Under the pieces are notes generated by a model. That model ran no database searches. It had not been told where the DNA came from and was given only the letters and a program-made list of their open reading frames with translations. A DNA stretch of 64,000 nt, taken from NCBI RefSeq assembly GCF_031769215.1, contig NW_026782827.1, positions 1 through 64,000 of the forward strand. Direction: 5' to 3'. How positions within the stretch are numbered: the stretch's first letter is position 1; each line of letters begins with the position of its first letter. A program made the translations under genes and the position numbers. Shown in pieces: positions 1-13,147 of the stretch. Source of the stretch: Ylistrum balloti. Lineage: Eukaryota.

Positions 1-1782
1 CAATGATACCAGTTACTTAATTTTCAGACGTTACAACACGACGTCATTTTAATAACTAGTTAATTCACGACCAGTCTAGATTATAATCAAACAAATATGG
101 TGTAATTGTAACAATCTCGCAATATCACGGCAACTCTGTCGAACATCGGAATCCGTAATTTGACGTCATCGACCGATATGTTAGGAAGTTGACGATGATT
201 AAATCATACTTTTAAAATTTCAATGCTATATTTTCTCTACACTTTCAATCTGGTGACATCTACTGCATAAATTGACGTAAAACTACATAAATGTCATGCA
301 CTGCGAAACATCACAGAAACTGTTGGTGTTAGTTCCTTGTACGTAACAAGGTACACACACAGAAACATGTCGCTTTCCTTTGACCACATCTAACATCAAT
401 TATCTTACCTGTCCGACCACATGAGCGTGATATTCTGCTTAGTATGCTCTAAAGTAAATTCACCTACTGTTATTTCTTCAATGTTTTCGTCTAAGTAAAT
501 ATCCACGCAGCCTTTATCACAAAACCAATATTATATTTAAGCTGCGATTGTCTACAAAATACACGATAGACTATATATACACTGGACTGATTATGGCGTA
601 ATCAATTCCGTTTCAAATTTCCATACCCATATTTTTTCAATGGAACTACCTCTGCATTGTTCTGGAATGTTCTATTAGATACGTGTGGGGGGAAAAGTAT
701 ATATATCTACACGTGTAGGTAACAAAGCAAATAAGACAAAAACACTGACAGGTGACCGAGTATTAGCCTCTTGATTAATATATATCTATTTATTTTCTGA
801 AGTTTTATGTCATATAACTTAATAAGAAACTTAAAGTTTAAGAATAACTATATTGTTGATTATATGTTGATTATATTTATTCAACAAAATCGCAAACATA
901 ACTTTATCTATATGTACTCTTAGCCTTACAATGCAGGTACATGGCTGTAGTAGTTAAAGCTGAACCCACACCGTATCAATATTCTTAACAAAGGGCTATC
1001 GAATACCTCTGTGCTATGACTGGCATATCTATACAAAATACAAATATTCCTGTATACGTTCTGACAATCTGTGTTTCAGAGATCGAACGAGAGATAATCA
1101 TTTATCGATCGATACAGTGACGGGTTAGGACGATTGCCAGTGTCCTATCTTACAATCCCTATGTAGACATCTGTATTGGTGTTGTTTAAAAGTACTTCTA
1201 CGCGATTTTAATGTATAGTGAAATAAATTTGATTTATGTATTTTTAAAAATTTCTGATAAAGAAGATAAAAGCATTAAGTGTTAATTGAAATTATGTAAG
1301 GACACGATAAAGCTAAAATTAAGTATTCTGAAATTAAAGTTGATACTGCTGTCAGAATTGTTACCCCAAAGAGAATTTATGTCGTATGTTTAATCGTCCC
1401 TCTTTAAAATAAATGTCATTTTCCTAAACAATATTTGTTTACTAAGACTGATTCACACAATGATCGTGTTCTATTTAATCACATCGCTACCCTGTAATTA
1501 CTTTGACTGCCATCACGTGGACCCACGAATGACACTTTTGTAGATAAGGATGTATCTTACTCACTATATATTGGCCAGCATATTATCGTGTGCCATTTTC
1601 CGGATCCTTTCGGATTCCTCTCGGTATCCGCCTGTCCGGCTTTTCCTGAAACATTTAAATGAATATTTTGACACTTTTATGAAAAAGATTCCATAGACAT
1701 ACCAGTGTGATTTATTTGACCCCGAGGTTATAAGTTATGAATTCCTGAGAGTCACATGGATAAAACCACAAAACTCTTTGCC

Positions 1783-2084
1783 TTAGGTAACATTAGTCCG
1801 ACCTGAGGTCACATTAGTCCGACCTGAGGTCACATTAGTCCGACCTGAGGTCACATTAGTCCGACCTGAGGTCACATTAGTCCGATCTGAGGTCACAATA
1901 GTCCGAACTGAGGTTAGGGTTGCATTAATCCGACCTGAGGTTGCATTAATCCGACCTGAGGTTGCATTAATCCGACCTGAGGTTGCATTAATCCGACATG
2001 AGGCTGCATTAGTCCGACCTAAGATTGCATTAGTCCGACCTGAGGCTGCATTAGTCCGATGCTTTACCAACTGAACTACCTCCC
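1783..2084 (-). repeat. 21-bp tandem repeat (13 copies, TCGGACTAATGCAGCCTCAGG-like) fused to a tRNA-like/SINE head
   Basis: TCCGA recurs every 21 bp from 1797 to 2055, with one 27-bp interval. On the minus strand 2084-2061 reads GGGAGGTAGTTCAGTTGGTAAAGC, an A-box/D-arm-like sequence running directly into the first unit. Confidence 0.85.
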
Positions 2085-2536
2085 AACCCTAACCACCACC
2101 ACTACGTCCTCCTGAAGACAGAGAACAACCAAGATTTATATAAAGTTTCTTTATCATTTTTTTAAAGAAACAAGCAAAAAAGTATGTCTTCACCCTTCTT
2201 GTCGTTCTGTATGTTTCTAAATAATATTTCAGACAGTTTTATCTTACCGGAAGTATCTAGTTTGTATCTTATCTCAAACAATTACTTCTTAATTCCGATA
2301 TGTATCTCTTACAAAACTCGTTTCCCAGTATAACGTCATACATGATGATATAAAAACATGTTCACAATTAAAATATCTAATATTACAACTAGATCACACA
2401 TGTACCCTAGCCTACTTTGTAACAAACTTATAGATAATCTTACGGTCAATTATAGGAATGACGTCAGTATATCTATAATTGATTGATTAATTAATTGATA
2501 AATATGAAGCAGTGCGAAACAGTATTTGTCCACTTG

Positions 2537-2539
2537 TAA

Positions 2540-2582
<43 letters not shown>

Positions 2583-2620
2583 ATAGATAAATAAATGAAT
2601 GAACAAATAAATAAATAAAC
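2537..2620. repeat. (TAAA)n microsatellite
   Basis: Direct reading. Confidence 0.95.
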
Positions 2621-3750
2621 ACTATTCAGGATGTTTTGATATATAAATGATATATAAAATGGTTCCAAAGACAATAAATCACATGATGTATCGATTTTAA
2701 AAACCCAAAACCTTATTAATGTACACAGTAAATCTTGAAGTATACTATTAATGGAAAGCTCCATTTTTGTGTTGATGATACTAGTCAAGATTCAAAATTA
2801 ATATAATAATTCCAGTTGTTCGTAAATTTGTTAAGTTCATGCTTAAACACGGACGAATCCAATCGATTTTCCTACGTTTACCAAAACACGTAGAGCGTTT
2901 CACATACCAAAGAGTTGTATCTAATGAAAACTATATATTACCAATAATTATAGGAATAATTCATAGTTATATCTCTTTGTCTCCAAACACAACTCCGGTC
3001 CGGAACATAAACCCGTGTCCGGATCACATCCCTGTAGTATCCCAAGCCGTCTGCGGTTCGAACGTTCCGTAATCAATTAAAATACGATCAGTCCAGTAAC
3101 ACTAGTGCTTATATTGAACTCCAGCCAGCATTAAATCGATATACTTTGTTTGAATGCTTGAAATTCGATAAGGACAATGAATGTATAAAGATAGTCACGT
3201 GATACTATAATCTCGCACCTCTGTCTGTGAGAGATTGGTCAGAGACATATATCTACAACGATGTATATATACGTATCTATGGACTGGTCAACATCTTTAG
3301 ATCGCCACGAGGAACTTAACCTCACAGTGTAGATGTCAAAGGTTACACAGATAACATTATCAACATTTAATCGGTTTGATTTCTGCTTGTAAAATGGTAG
3401 ACTAAGTTAATGTTTAGATAATGGGTAAATGAGAGAATATAAAAACACACTGTAAATATGAGATAAAAAGTAAATTAAACTAAACAAATACTGGCACACG
3501 TTCACATAATTCTCTTCCATCTTGGAAATGTCATGATTCCACGGTTTTTAGTGATTATAAAGAACGACAACTCTGTATCAAAGTTATTTACGTATGTCGC
3601 ATAATGGTCTAGTGATACCCTGACATGTTTTCTTTGAAATGCTTAATATAATAACCGAAACGAAGGTTTGTGCAAATACAAGATGTAGAAAGTTATTAGT
3701 GTAAAACTTGAAAATTAAGTCTTAATAGCCAACTGTAGATTAAGGTTTAC

Positions 3751-4791
3751 GGTAAATGACTATAACGACAAGGATTCAAAACGGTAAATATCTGTAACGA
3801 CAAGGATTGAAAACTGTAAATAACTATAACGACAAGGATTCAAAACGGTAAATATCTATAACGACAAAGAATTATAACGGTAAATATATATAACGACAAG
3901 GATTCAAAATGGTAAATATCTATAACGACAAGGATTCTAAACGGTAAATATCTATAACGACAAAGATTCAAAACGGTAAATATCTATAACGACAAAGAAT
4001 CAAAAAGGTAAATAACTATAACGACAATGATTCAAAACGGTAAAATCTATAACGACAAGGATTGAAAACGGTAAATATCTATAACGACAAAGAATTATAA
4101 CGGTAAATATCTATAACGACAAAGATTCAAAGCGGTAAATATCTATAACGACAAGGATTCTAAACGGTAAATATCTATAACGACAAAGATTCAAAACGGT
4201 AAATATCTATAACGACAAAGATTCAAAACGGTAAATATCTATAACGACAAGGATTGAAAACTGTAAATATCTATAACGACAAGGATTGAAAACGGTAAAT
4301 ATCTATAACGACAAGGATTGAAAACGGTAGATATCTATAACGACAAGGATTCAAAACGGTAAATATCTATAACGACAAGGATTCAAAACGGTAAATATCT
4401 ATAACGACAAAGATTCAAAACGGTAAATAACTATAACGACAAGGATTGAAAACGGTAAATATCTATAACGACAAAGAATCAAAACGGTAAATAACTTTAA
4501 CGACAAGTATTCAAAACGGTAAATATCTATAACGACAACGATACAAAACGGTAAATAACTATAACGACAATGATTCAAAACGGTAAAATCTATAACGACA
4601 AGGGTTCAAAACGGTAAATATCTATAACGACAAAGATTCAAAACGGTAAATATCTATAACGACAAGGATTGAAAACGGTAAATATCTATAACGACAAGGA
4701 TTCAAAACGGTAAATATCTATAACGACAATGAATAAAAAAGGTAAATAACTATAACGACAAAGAATCAAACCGGTAAATATCTACAACGAT
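3751..4791. repeat. 32-bp minisatellite, about 32 copies (TAACGACAAGGATTCAAAACGGTAAATATCTA)
   Basis: Period of 32 measured (TAACG at 4146 and 4178); no unique spacers. Confidence 0.97.
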
Positions 4792-6103
4792 TCAATTACC
4801 GAATTACATAAGAGATGTTATAAGAAACTACTTGTGGCCTGATGACCCCAACTTGCTAGTCAAGACACCTCTATGAAATCTTATATTGGTCCAAACAATA
4901 TTTGCAACCAAGGAAGAAGGTTTTCGCAAGAAAGTTTGTATTACGAGTGTTTCCAATACCGATCTAAGAAAACGCTGGAATAGTACGACAACTTTGTGAA
5001 GATTAATACAGTTTCTATAAATAACGAGTAGACACAATGCTTTAAAGTGTAAAAATGTGTGTCAAATATAGACAATATTAAGTAATACAGGTAATAATGA
5101 TGTGTCTGATTTCCGAGGTGATTTACATGGACAAACGTAATATAATACACATATTGTTAAGGCAGTATGCGTCCTGATTGACATATCATTGTCTATATCT
5201 CAGGTGTTGTATTGTTTTACCTGTCCTAGTATTAATATCTCACGATACTATTTATACGTGTGACTTGTTCTCGTGATCGCGTGACTTTACTACAGTGTAC
5301 ATTTCAATAACTTGAACGACACTTTGTAGCTACAGTTAACTGTTTACTGACAATAGAAGATAATGTTACAAATATAGATAAGTTTGAATATACGGGTTTC
5401 TATAACAGATTTTAGAAAGGGGGTGTTAAGGAACAGTGCACATTTCTAGACATGTATACCACACCTACAAATGTTTAGATAAACAAAGTCTTTCAAAATA
5501 GGCCGAAAAAGGTAAACAAAGAAAAAAATGCCAAGAGAAAATCCATTTGTACGAAAATTAAACCATCGGGTTTAGATCAAACTAATTCTTACGGAACTTT
5601 TAAAAGCATATCGGACTTAAATTCCATGTATTCTGATCTCCCAGAGTTATTTCTCTTATTTCCACTCTATCAGTATGTTATAGCGATAAGTTTTGACTGC
5701 CGATGGGGGCGAGAATGAGGTACTGCACATGATTATTTCAGCGTGAGTAAATTGCCCCTTACGAATTACGATTTTTTATCAAGTCCCCAAGAATAAACAA
5801 GACAGATAATTTCAAGGGCAGAAAGAGGGGCGTGTAAATGTATGACAAGCACAGTAGCTACCAAAGAATCGAAAGCAATGTTACTCAACCTAAAATTCTC
5901 TTAATGAAAACAAGAACAGAGTTAACTTTGTCAGAGTTATCGCCCTTAACACGGACTAATATCTACTGATCGTGGTTACAATTTGATTATGTTTATGATA
6001 TCTGATTATAAGAAATGAAAATTGAACACATTTGTCTTCCCTTTTCTTCATTAAACAATACATGATGAAACAAAAATACATGATGGAATAAGGCAGGCCT
6101 TAC

Positions 6104-8536
6104 CGTTTCGCCAATAATTTTTCCGGCTGACCATGTGTCTTTTCAAGCAAGTCGCCATGTGTGACAGTTCCACGTGGTTGCACACTATCCCAAAATATAC
6201 ACTTCTGCCAATCGGAAGGACTATCCTCATACTTCCGGCCGTGCAAACGAACCATATCCGCTTTTGGCTCGAGAGTGCTTTTTGGAGGATGGATCTGGAA
6301 AAGCGACCCAGAGTACACCGTGAGGATTATTTGTCAACAAGATAAAGTACGACACACATGCACAGTGTGCGGTAGTTGGACTACATTTGCATTATGACCA
6401 GCACTGATTCTTCTGATGGAGGAGATTCAACCCTAAGATGAAATAGCTTTTATGCAATGAAATACAAATTTAAAACAGAGGCCATTTCCAATACACCCAA
6501 GGTTGGATTAATCTTACTGTTGTGATGTGTTCTATAGTTTGATACGGGGTTGGTTTCCTCATCATTGATCTGGACGTTTGGTAAGAAGGTGACTTAAGTC
6601 GATCACCTTTTTTCTTTGATACTAGATACATGTAGTGAACTGATATATTCCGAAGGTGATAATTAACCGACTCCTTGAGTCCAGAAATCGTTTCTAAAGA
6701 TAGAGATATTCCTTACTATTACGAGAAACTATCTACCATACTACAAATAAGATTAAAGACTTCTTGTTTCGGGGTAATTGGCCTACAGAATGCACATCTT
6801 ACCTCTGGAACAGGAATGGAGGCATACTCTTCCTCCCCGGCATCTGTTGTTGTGGATGTCCAACGAATACGGTTGACCAGCTTGTTAATCATGTTGATGT
6901 CCATTTTCCCGAACTTTGTGTCAAACTCTCGTTTCTTTTCGACAGGTCTCGCCTCGGTCTCGCGGGTACGTATAGGCATGGTTGGTTTGAGTTCTCTATA
7001 AGGTGTGTTTGTGGCTGTTTTCAAGTCTAGATTCCTGGTAAATCATACGAATTTGGCTTCGTCAAAATGTAATGAATGTTATTTGACATCATTATTATAA
7101 ACCTTGATATTTTCAACTCAATTATTTCCAAAAAAAAATTATATTTAGGACGGAAATGGATAATGACTTATAACTATATACAGTTTACATTAAGATATTC
7201 GACGACGAGCAAGTATTTTCCTAACGGATTTATAACTGTTTTAACTATTACAATATACCTACTCGGCACACTTTGCTTTGCATTGTTTCCATTGAAAGTT
7301 ATCTCCCCTCTGAAGGACACTGTGTTGTATTGTTCTTTGTACGTTCCGTACAACCGTTATGTTTCAGACCCCTATTATCTAAACATGATTCCCAGAAATG
7401 TCACTGTCTTGGTAACATCAAAGTCATTTTAACACCAAATACTTCGCCAAGTGAACAGTAAAACGACTTACTATTCTTTCATTGCTCTTCTTTCATGGCT
7501 CTTCTTTTAATGTAGTAAATTGCCAGTAAATTGACAGAAAAGAGATTTGTCTTTCTTTTAAACATGACATTCCAATTTTTACAGTGCAAAAAAATGCGTT
7601 CCTGGTGAGACCGTTCAAGTCACTGTAAACTTGGGTCTTCCCAGGTATGAAATTCGGATTATTTCTAATCTGCCTACAATGACTGGAAACGTACAATTGT
7701 AGATACAATGTAGACGAAAGCAAACATAATCATTCACTAGTAAGGACTGGAAGTATCTGCCACGGGAACACAGGAGCGATGGCGGGGCGGACAGAGCCAA
7801 GACTTACTAGAGGTTGGAATAACACGGGCCGCCATCCTTGTCTAAAACTCTTACCAACCAACTTGTCAACCCAACCAACCATCACGAGGACCCGGGACAG
7901 ATTTAATACCTAGATAGGGTGTTATTATACCTACATTTCGGAAAATTACACCGCTAATTGTCGATATAAACCTATAGATATACTTAGTGTTATGCCGCCA
8001 GGTTGTTAAAAGACCAAATAAAGATAACCAATGATTAGTTAAAACTTTCAAACATGAATTAAAGAAATTTGAGTATTCTTTATCATTTAACGCCTGTAGG
8101 TTTGCTAAGACAAGTCAGATTGGTATATTTTGAGTTTCCTGTTACCTTTAATGCTGTTGTATTTTCTGAAAAAATGATTAATTTTTTCCTTAATCGCTTG
8201 TCAACTTTTGAGCAACCGGGTCTTTTGAAAACACCTTGTGCTATATGGCTCTTAAGTCCATTTGTTTAACCGATCAGTACTGAACAAAGTCATGTACTCT
8301 TACAAATCATTTTCTGATACTCACTCAGACCCATCTGGTTTCCTGGTAAATGTTTTGACAGCTCCTTCGGGTTCTACAGGGAGTTGATGGGTCGGGCGCT
8401 GGCCACTGATTCCGGCGTGAACCAATGAAGGCATCTGGTGATACTTTATAATGGGCAGCACATTTGGACTTCTTGTGTAACATCTCTGGTAGGTTGTCAC
8501 CGGAAATGGATCCAATATTGAAGCCCTTACCGGCAT
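6104..8536 (-). CDS. Multi-exon gene, uncharacterised protein of at least 212 aa resembling ciliary/sperm microtubule-inner proteins (SPATA48/SPMIP7-like segment); 3' end not resolved
   Basis: Exons 8536-8325 (MPVRASILDPFPVTTYQRCY...KPDGS, donor GA|GTGAGT), 7034-6803 (acceptor TTTACCAG, ...RIRWTSTTTDAGEEEYASIPVPE, donor GAG|GTAAGA) and 6294-6104 (acceptor TTTTCCAG, IHPPKSTLEPKADMVRLHGRKYEDSPSDWQKCIFWDSVQPRG..., donor CG|GTAAGG). Phases 2/0/2 join in frame. An in-frame ATG also exists at 8566. The family resemblance (STLE..AD...RY...WQ...WD..Q.R) is from memory, not a search. Confidence 0.7.
7998..8220. mobile_element. MITE-like element, copy 1 (TIR CC(A/C)GGTTGTT(A/C)AAAG...CTTTTGAGCAACCGGG)
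   Basis: Imperfect terminal inverted repeats; the interior (TTTCAAACATGAATTAAA..., TTCTTTATCATTT, AGTCAGATTG) is shared with 12928-13147. Confidence 0.7.
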
Positions 8537-8594
8537 CGTTAAATGTGTAACGTGACACACAGACATTTTTTGCAGATAAACTACCTCCGACTGT

Positions 8595-8649
8595 GTTACG
8601 GTAGCTACGCGATTGTTCGCGAAATCACGTCAAGCCTTCTATGACGTCA
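8595..8649. promoter_or_regulatory. Candidate promoter motifs of the minus-strand gene: X-box-like GTTACGGTAGC (8595-8605) and CRE TGACGTCA (8642-8649)
   Basis: Motifs lie 60-110 bp upstream of the ATG in a CpG-richer patch. RFX X-boxes are typical of ciliary genes and CRE of spermatogenic genes, but short motifs occur by chance. Confidence 0.3.
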
Positions 8650-9123
8650 TCATATTGTGACGCACTCAATACAACTGAATGCTCACACAGTAAACTAGCG
8701 ACTTGCCGTCTATCACTTTATTAAGTAATGCCGCGGTTTGCAAGGCATTCGATAAGATTCGAACCTCGAACTAATTTTCACAATAGCATATCGGCTAAAT
8801 TTACAACCATTCTAATAATTCTGACGAGTACCAACTTGTAGATATCATCCCTTTAGCTCGGTAGACAACACGCAAAAATCTTAAATATTGCTTGAATTCG
8901 AGGTATTCAGAAAAATCCCACGTGGTCAGACAGGAGGCCACCTCATATCGTTCATTCAGATTTGAGAAGTGAACCTCGGCAGCCTGTAAAGTTACTCTAA
9001 TACCATTTCTTCTATGATTCGATAATAGGTATAAACTTTTAAAACAATTCACATTATATTATTCTATATAACGTATCTATATGAAGGATAGAACAATATG
9101 TCGTAATTATAGGAGGGATACCT

Positions 9124-9975
9124 GTGGATGACAACATACCACACCTTCGGAAGTGGAACATCTTTATGACAACACAACACACCTTCGGAAGTCGAACCTC
9201 TGGATGACGACATACCACACCTTCGGAAGTCGAACCTCTGGATGACGACATACCACACCTTCGGAAGTCGAACCTCTGGATGACAACATACCACACCTTC
9301 GGAAGTCGAACCTCTGGATGACGACATACCACACCTTTAGAAGCCGAACATCTGGGTGACAACATAACACACCTTTAGAAGTCGAACATCTGGATGACAA
9401 CATACCACACCTTCGGAAGTCGAACATCTGGATGATAACATACCACACCTTCGGAAGTCGAACCTCTGGATGACAACATACAACACCTTCGGAAGTCGAA
9501 CCTCTGGATGACGACATACCACACCTACAGAAGTCGAACCTCTGGATGACAACATAACACACCTACGGAAGTCGAACCTCTGGATGACAAAACACCTCAC
9601 CTTTGGAAGTCGAACATCTGGATGACAACACACCTCACCTTCGGAAGTCGAACTTCTGGATGACGACATACCACACCTTCGGAAGTCGAACCTCTGGATG
9701 ACAACATACAACACCTTCGGAAGTCGAACCTCTGGATGACGACATACCATACCTACAGAAGTCGAACCTCTGGATGACAACATAACACACCTACGGAAGT
9801 CGAACCTCTGGATGACAACACACCTCACCTTTGGAAGTCTAACATCTGGATGATAACATACCACACCTTCGGAAGTCGAACCTCTGGATGACGACATACC
9901 ACACCTTCGGAAGTCGAACCTCTGGATGACAACATAACACACCTACGGAAGTCGTACACTGGATGACAACACACC
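9124..9975. repeat. 38-bp minisatellite, about 22 copies (TGGATGACAACATACCACACCTTCGGAAGTCGAACCTC)
   Basis: Period of 38 (TGGATG at 9201 and 9239). It explains the repetitive minus-strand ORFs at 9054-10034. Confidence 0.97.
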
Positions 9976-11694
9976 ACATTCTTACCTAACGGAGTCAAAC
10001 CCCCGGGCTTCAACATCAGAAGGTCAGAAGACAAGTTTCCTTAAGGGTAGTCAGAGCCTAGATAAGACTCTTCATCCTGGTAAGAATCGCTATCAGAGGA
10101 ACCAATGGAGAGGTGAACAACGCCATCACCCGCCCCACCCGCTCCCACAACATCCATGTCCTACTAACGGTCCTCGCCTTGGGTCTAAAGAGCGCCAGGT
10201 CCAACCGAGAAGTGGAATTTCCAAAAGTCTGGCGAACCTTTATGGGACTGTCCGAAAATCCCACGAAGCGTATGAACGTGTGGAAGGATCAACGGACAAC
10301 CACCAAATCGTCTCGTAGTTAGATAAACTAAACACAAGGTCCACAGAGGAATATTCTGGAGTTATTAACAAACCCATCAGGGAATGAACGAGGTCCCACG
10401 GGTTTGGGGGAGGGGTTTCGACAGGTATGATATCTAGTTTGAATTACATGTAACAATAAGACACACTGATCAAAGAAAAGCGAACAAATTAATCCTCAAA
10501 CGGAACGTTAAAATACATACTTGCACATTACACTTTCTTTATTCATTATCAAAGTCAACACTGTCATAGGGATTTGAGATCAAACTCATTTTTCTCCAGA
10601 CCTTCTCGCCTCAAATTTGATTCATCACGGTCCATTTCATGTCGATATAATACTACACAGTGAATTCTCGTGGATATTGTTAATTGTAATACCCGGCGGC
10701 CAATCCTGATCAATATAACCAATATCTCCGCGAACAGATGTCTCTCTTCTTTTAAGCGGGCGGATCGGTCTGGTCAGATTACCTAATAATGGAACTGTTA
10801 TGAGAGAGAGGGAGAGATTTTCTCCTGTCTCGTTTTGATTTCTCCACAACAAGGGAACAGTTCCCTTAGGATAGACTGGTGACTGTGTGGTTCATAAGGT
10901 GTGTGATGAAACATGTATTGGGGAATGAGAGCGCCATTTCAGTACAATAACAACACTTTACCCTACCATTGTGAAATAAAGATACTTCATTTGTATCAAT
11001 AACTAATTTCAACGGTATTTATTTATTTAATTTAAGACTGAGTTTTAAGAAGGACTACAGACTTATATCCATGCCCCAAAGTTACATCTCTTTGTTTACA
11101 GAATGCCATACTCAATCATTGCCTAGAATACCCGTGACTTTTTTCATCAAAATGTAGGAAAGTGTTGCTTACGACTGTTCTGAAATTAACGGCGGCGATT
11201 TTTGCTGATGTCAGCTGACACGTTTACATCTCCAAAAGGAGTACTCATCTCAGACTACAAATATGTACTTTACATTTTAATTTTTTTTTCTAAGATTTTG
11301 AGATACACATAGATTAAAAAGAGAAAAAAAAATCTTTATCTGATCATTCAGCCGATTTTATTTTCCAACCTGTACTATTTCATTCCATTCTTTTCCATAG
11401 TTCCGCCCTTAGCATCACTGATGAGCTGGAGTCCTATATTACTGTATAATGTATTTCGATTTATGTATGTTTCCACGTGCGTGTATTTTGTATGTCTCCA
11501 TCACCTTGATCAGCTAATTTACAGATGTATACCTTCAGACCGATTTAAATTTTTACATACTAGTACACAATTTTCAATAACTTGGTCGACATGGCCTCGT
11601 TTTCAGTATGTTTTCTAGGCACCAGAAACTATATGTATGTGCAGACTTACATATTTTCAATTTCATATACAGGTTTACTTGTTACAGGGATAAC

Positions 11695-11937
11695 ACCGCC
11701 TCGTCAAATTAAAGAAAGGTAGGGTTGTTTAGTGAACACGTTACAGGATTAAGACCGCCTCGTCAAATTAAAAGAAGTGTGGGATGTCTGGTAAGCTGTT
11801 ACAGTGAAAAATAAAAATCGCCTCGTCAAATTAAAGGAAGGATGGGATAGTCTGATACACAATATATATGGAAGTAAATCAGTGTACGAGACCAGATCAC
11901 GCGCACACAGGGAAGTTTACGGACACGTAAGGTAAGT
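11695..11937 (+). promoter_or_regulatory. Candidate promoter and non-coding first exon of EEP gene A
   Basis: Three CGCCTCGTCAAATTAAA motifs about 60 bp apart, TCAGT at 11879, and a consensus donor AAG|GTAAGT at 11931/11932. Gene A has an acceptor 10 nt before its ATG and so needs an upstream exon. Confidence 0.35.
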
Positions 11938-12927
11938 GTGTCTCGGTTATAACAATGACGTCTATGATTAAAGAATTTTTGTATGACAAGACATTCAATC
12001 AAGATTTCACTGCTCATATCTTAATACCTTCATATGCGCATTTCCACACTATGACAGAAAATATCATGCATTTGTATATAATATTCCAGATTTATTTCCA
12101 TATTCAATAAACGTCCTAAAGCTTCCATTTTCAAGCGAATTATCAACAAACAAATGCCCAGACTCCTTCTTACTCTTTATCCTTATAATTTCATAAATCG
12201 GAAATATGAGTGACATCAGACACAATCCAGCACTATTATGACGTCAGTATCTTGGACACAAAAACGACTCACCGTCAAAATGGCTGTTCCATATGACGGA
12301 TCACACTGTCGATGATGAAAACTTCACATGTATATATCTTAGTTTTAATCAAGATATTGTCGTTTGATGCGGGAACTTTGCCTGAAAAAAACTTTGTCAT
12401 TTATATTTACCATAAATGCCATAACAGGACAGTCAAATGCTTAGAGATGGAAACAATTCATCAGGCAAGTGTCACAGCTTATCACTAGACGAGTTTCATA
12501 TATTTAATGTGATATGGACACGATTGCAAGATTCTATTTATCGTAAAATTTATAAACTTTAAAAGGTAAAACTCCCATTTGTTGTCAGTATGACACGAGA
12601 AGTCGTACAGAACTGGACGATGTGATGGACATAACTTTCGTGTGCTTTATCTCATTAGAGATGTGTGGAAAGATTGCGTTACTCTTTCAATACTGTAATG
12701 TCATCCAAATTATTACGAGAATTGTTGGATAAGAGAAAGTTTGTGATCATGATAGCCTAGTAGTGGACCTAAACTTGTTTGGGGATATATTTTGAGCGTT
12801 ATTGTAAACTTATACAACAAGGATCTAGAGACAATGATTCTCGTTGAATAGGTGTAACTCTATCTACGAGAGGAAATAGGGATAGGCATTATGTCAGTAA
12901 TTACAGAGACAAAACATTAACACAAGA

Positions 12928-13147
12928 CCCCGGTTGTTCAAAGGCTGGTCAGAGATAACTAGCGGTTAGTGAAAATTTTCAAACATGAATTAAACAAAAT
13001 TAAGAACATTCTTTATCATTTCACATCTGTTCATTTGTTTACACCAGTCAGATTGAAATATTTTGAGCGCTAATTTGGCCTTTCAGCAGCAACAATTTTT
13101 TTTCACTAAGCGCTCGTTAACTTTAAGTAACCTTTCAGAAACCGGGG
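12928..13147. mobile_element. MITE-like element, copy 2 (CCCCGGTTGTTCAAAG...CTTTCAGAAACCGGGG)
   Basis: Terminal inverted repeats and interior similarity to 7998-8220. Confidence 0.7.

Noticed and set aside
3751-4791. CRISPR-like appearance of this and the other ~30-38-bp arrays
   Set aside because: Units abut directly with no unique spacers, there are no cas genes, and the context is eukaryotic.
4838-4890. CTGATGA motifs (also at 11417 and 18549) as hammerhead cores
   Set aside because: No stem II or GAAA box in the right position.
9054-10034. Repetitive Cys/Arg-rich ORFs
   Set aside because: Translations of the 38-bp minisatellite in all frames.
9980-10400. GC-richer non-repetitive segment with 68-69-aa ORFs on both strands
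   Set aside because: Probably a retroelement relic, but I could not recognise any motif, so no call is made.
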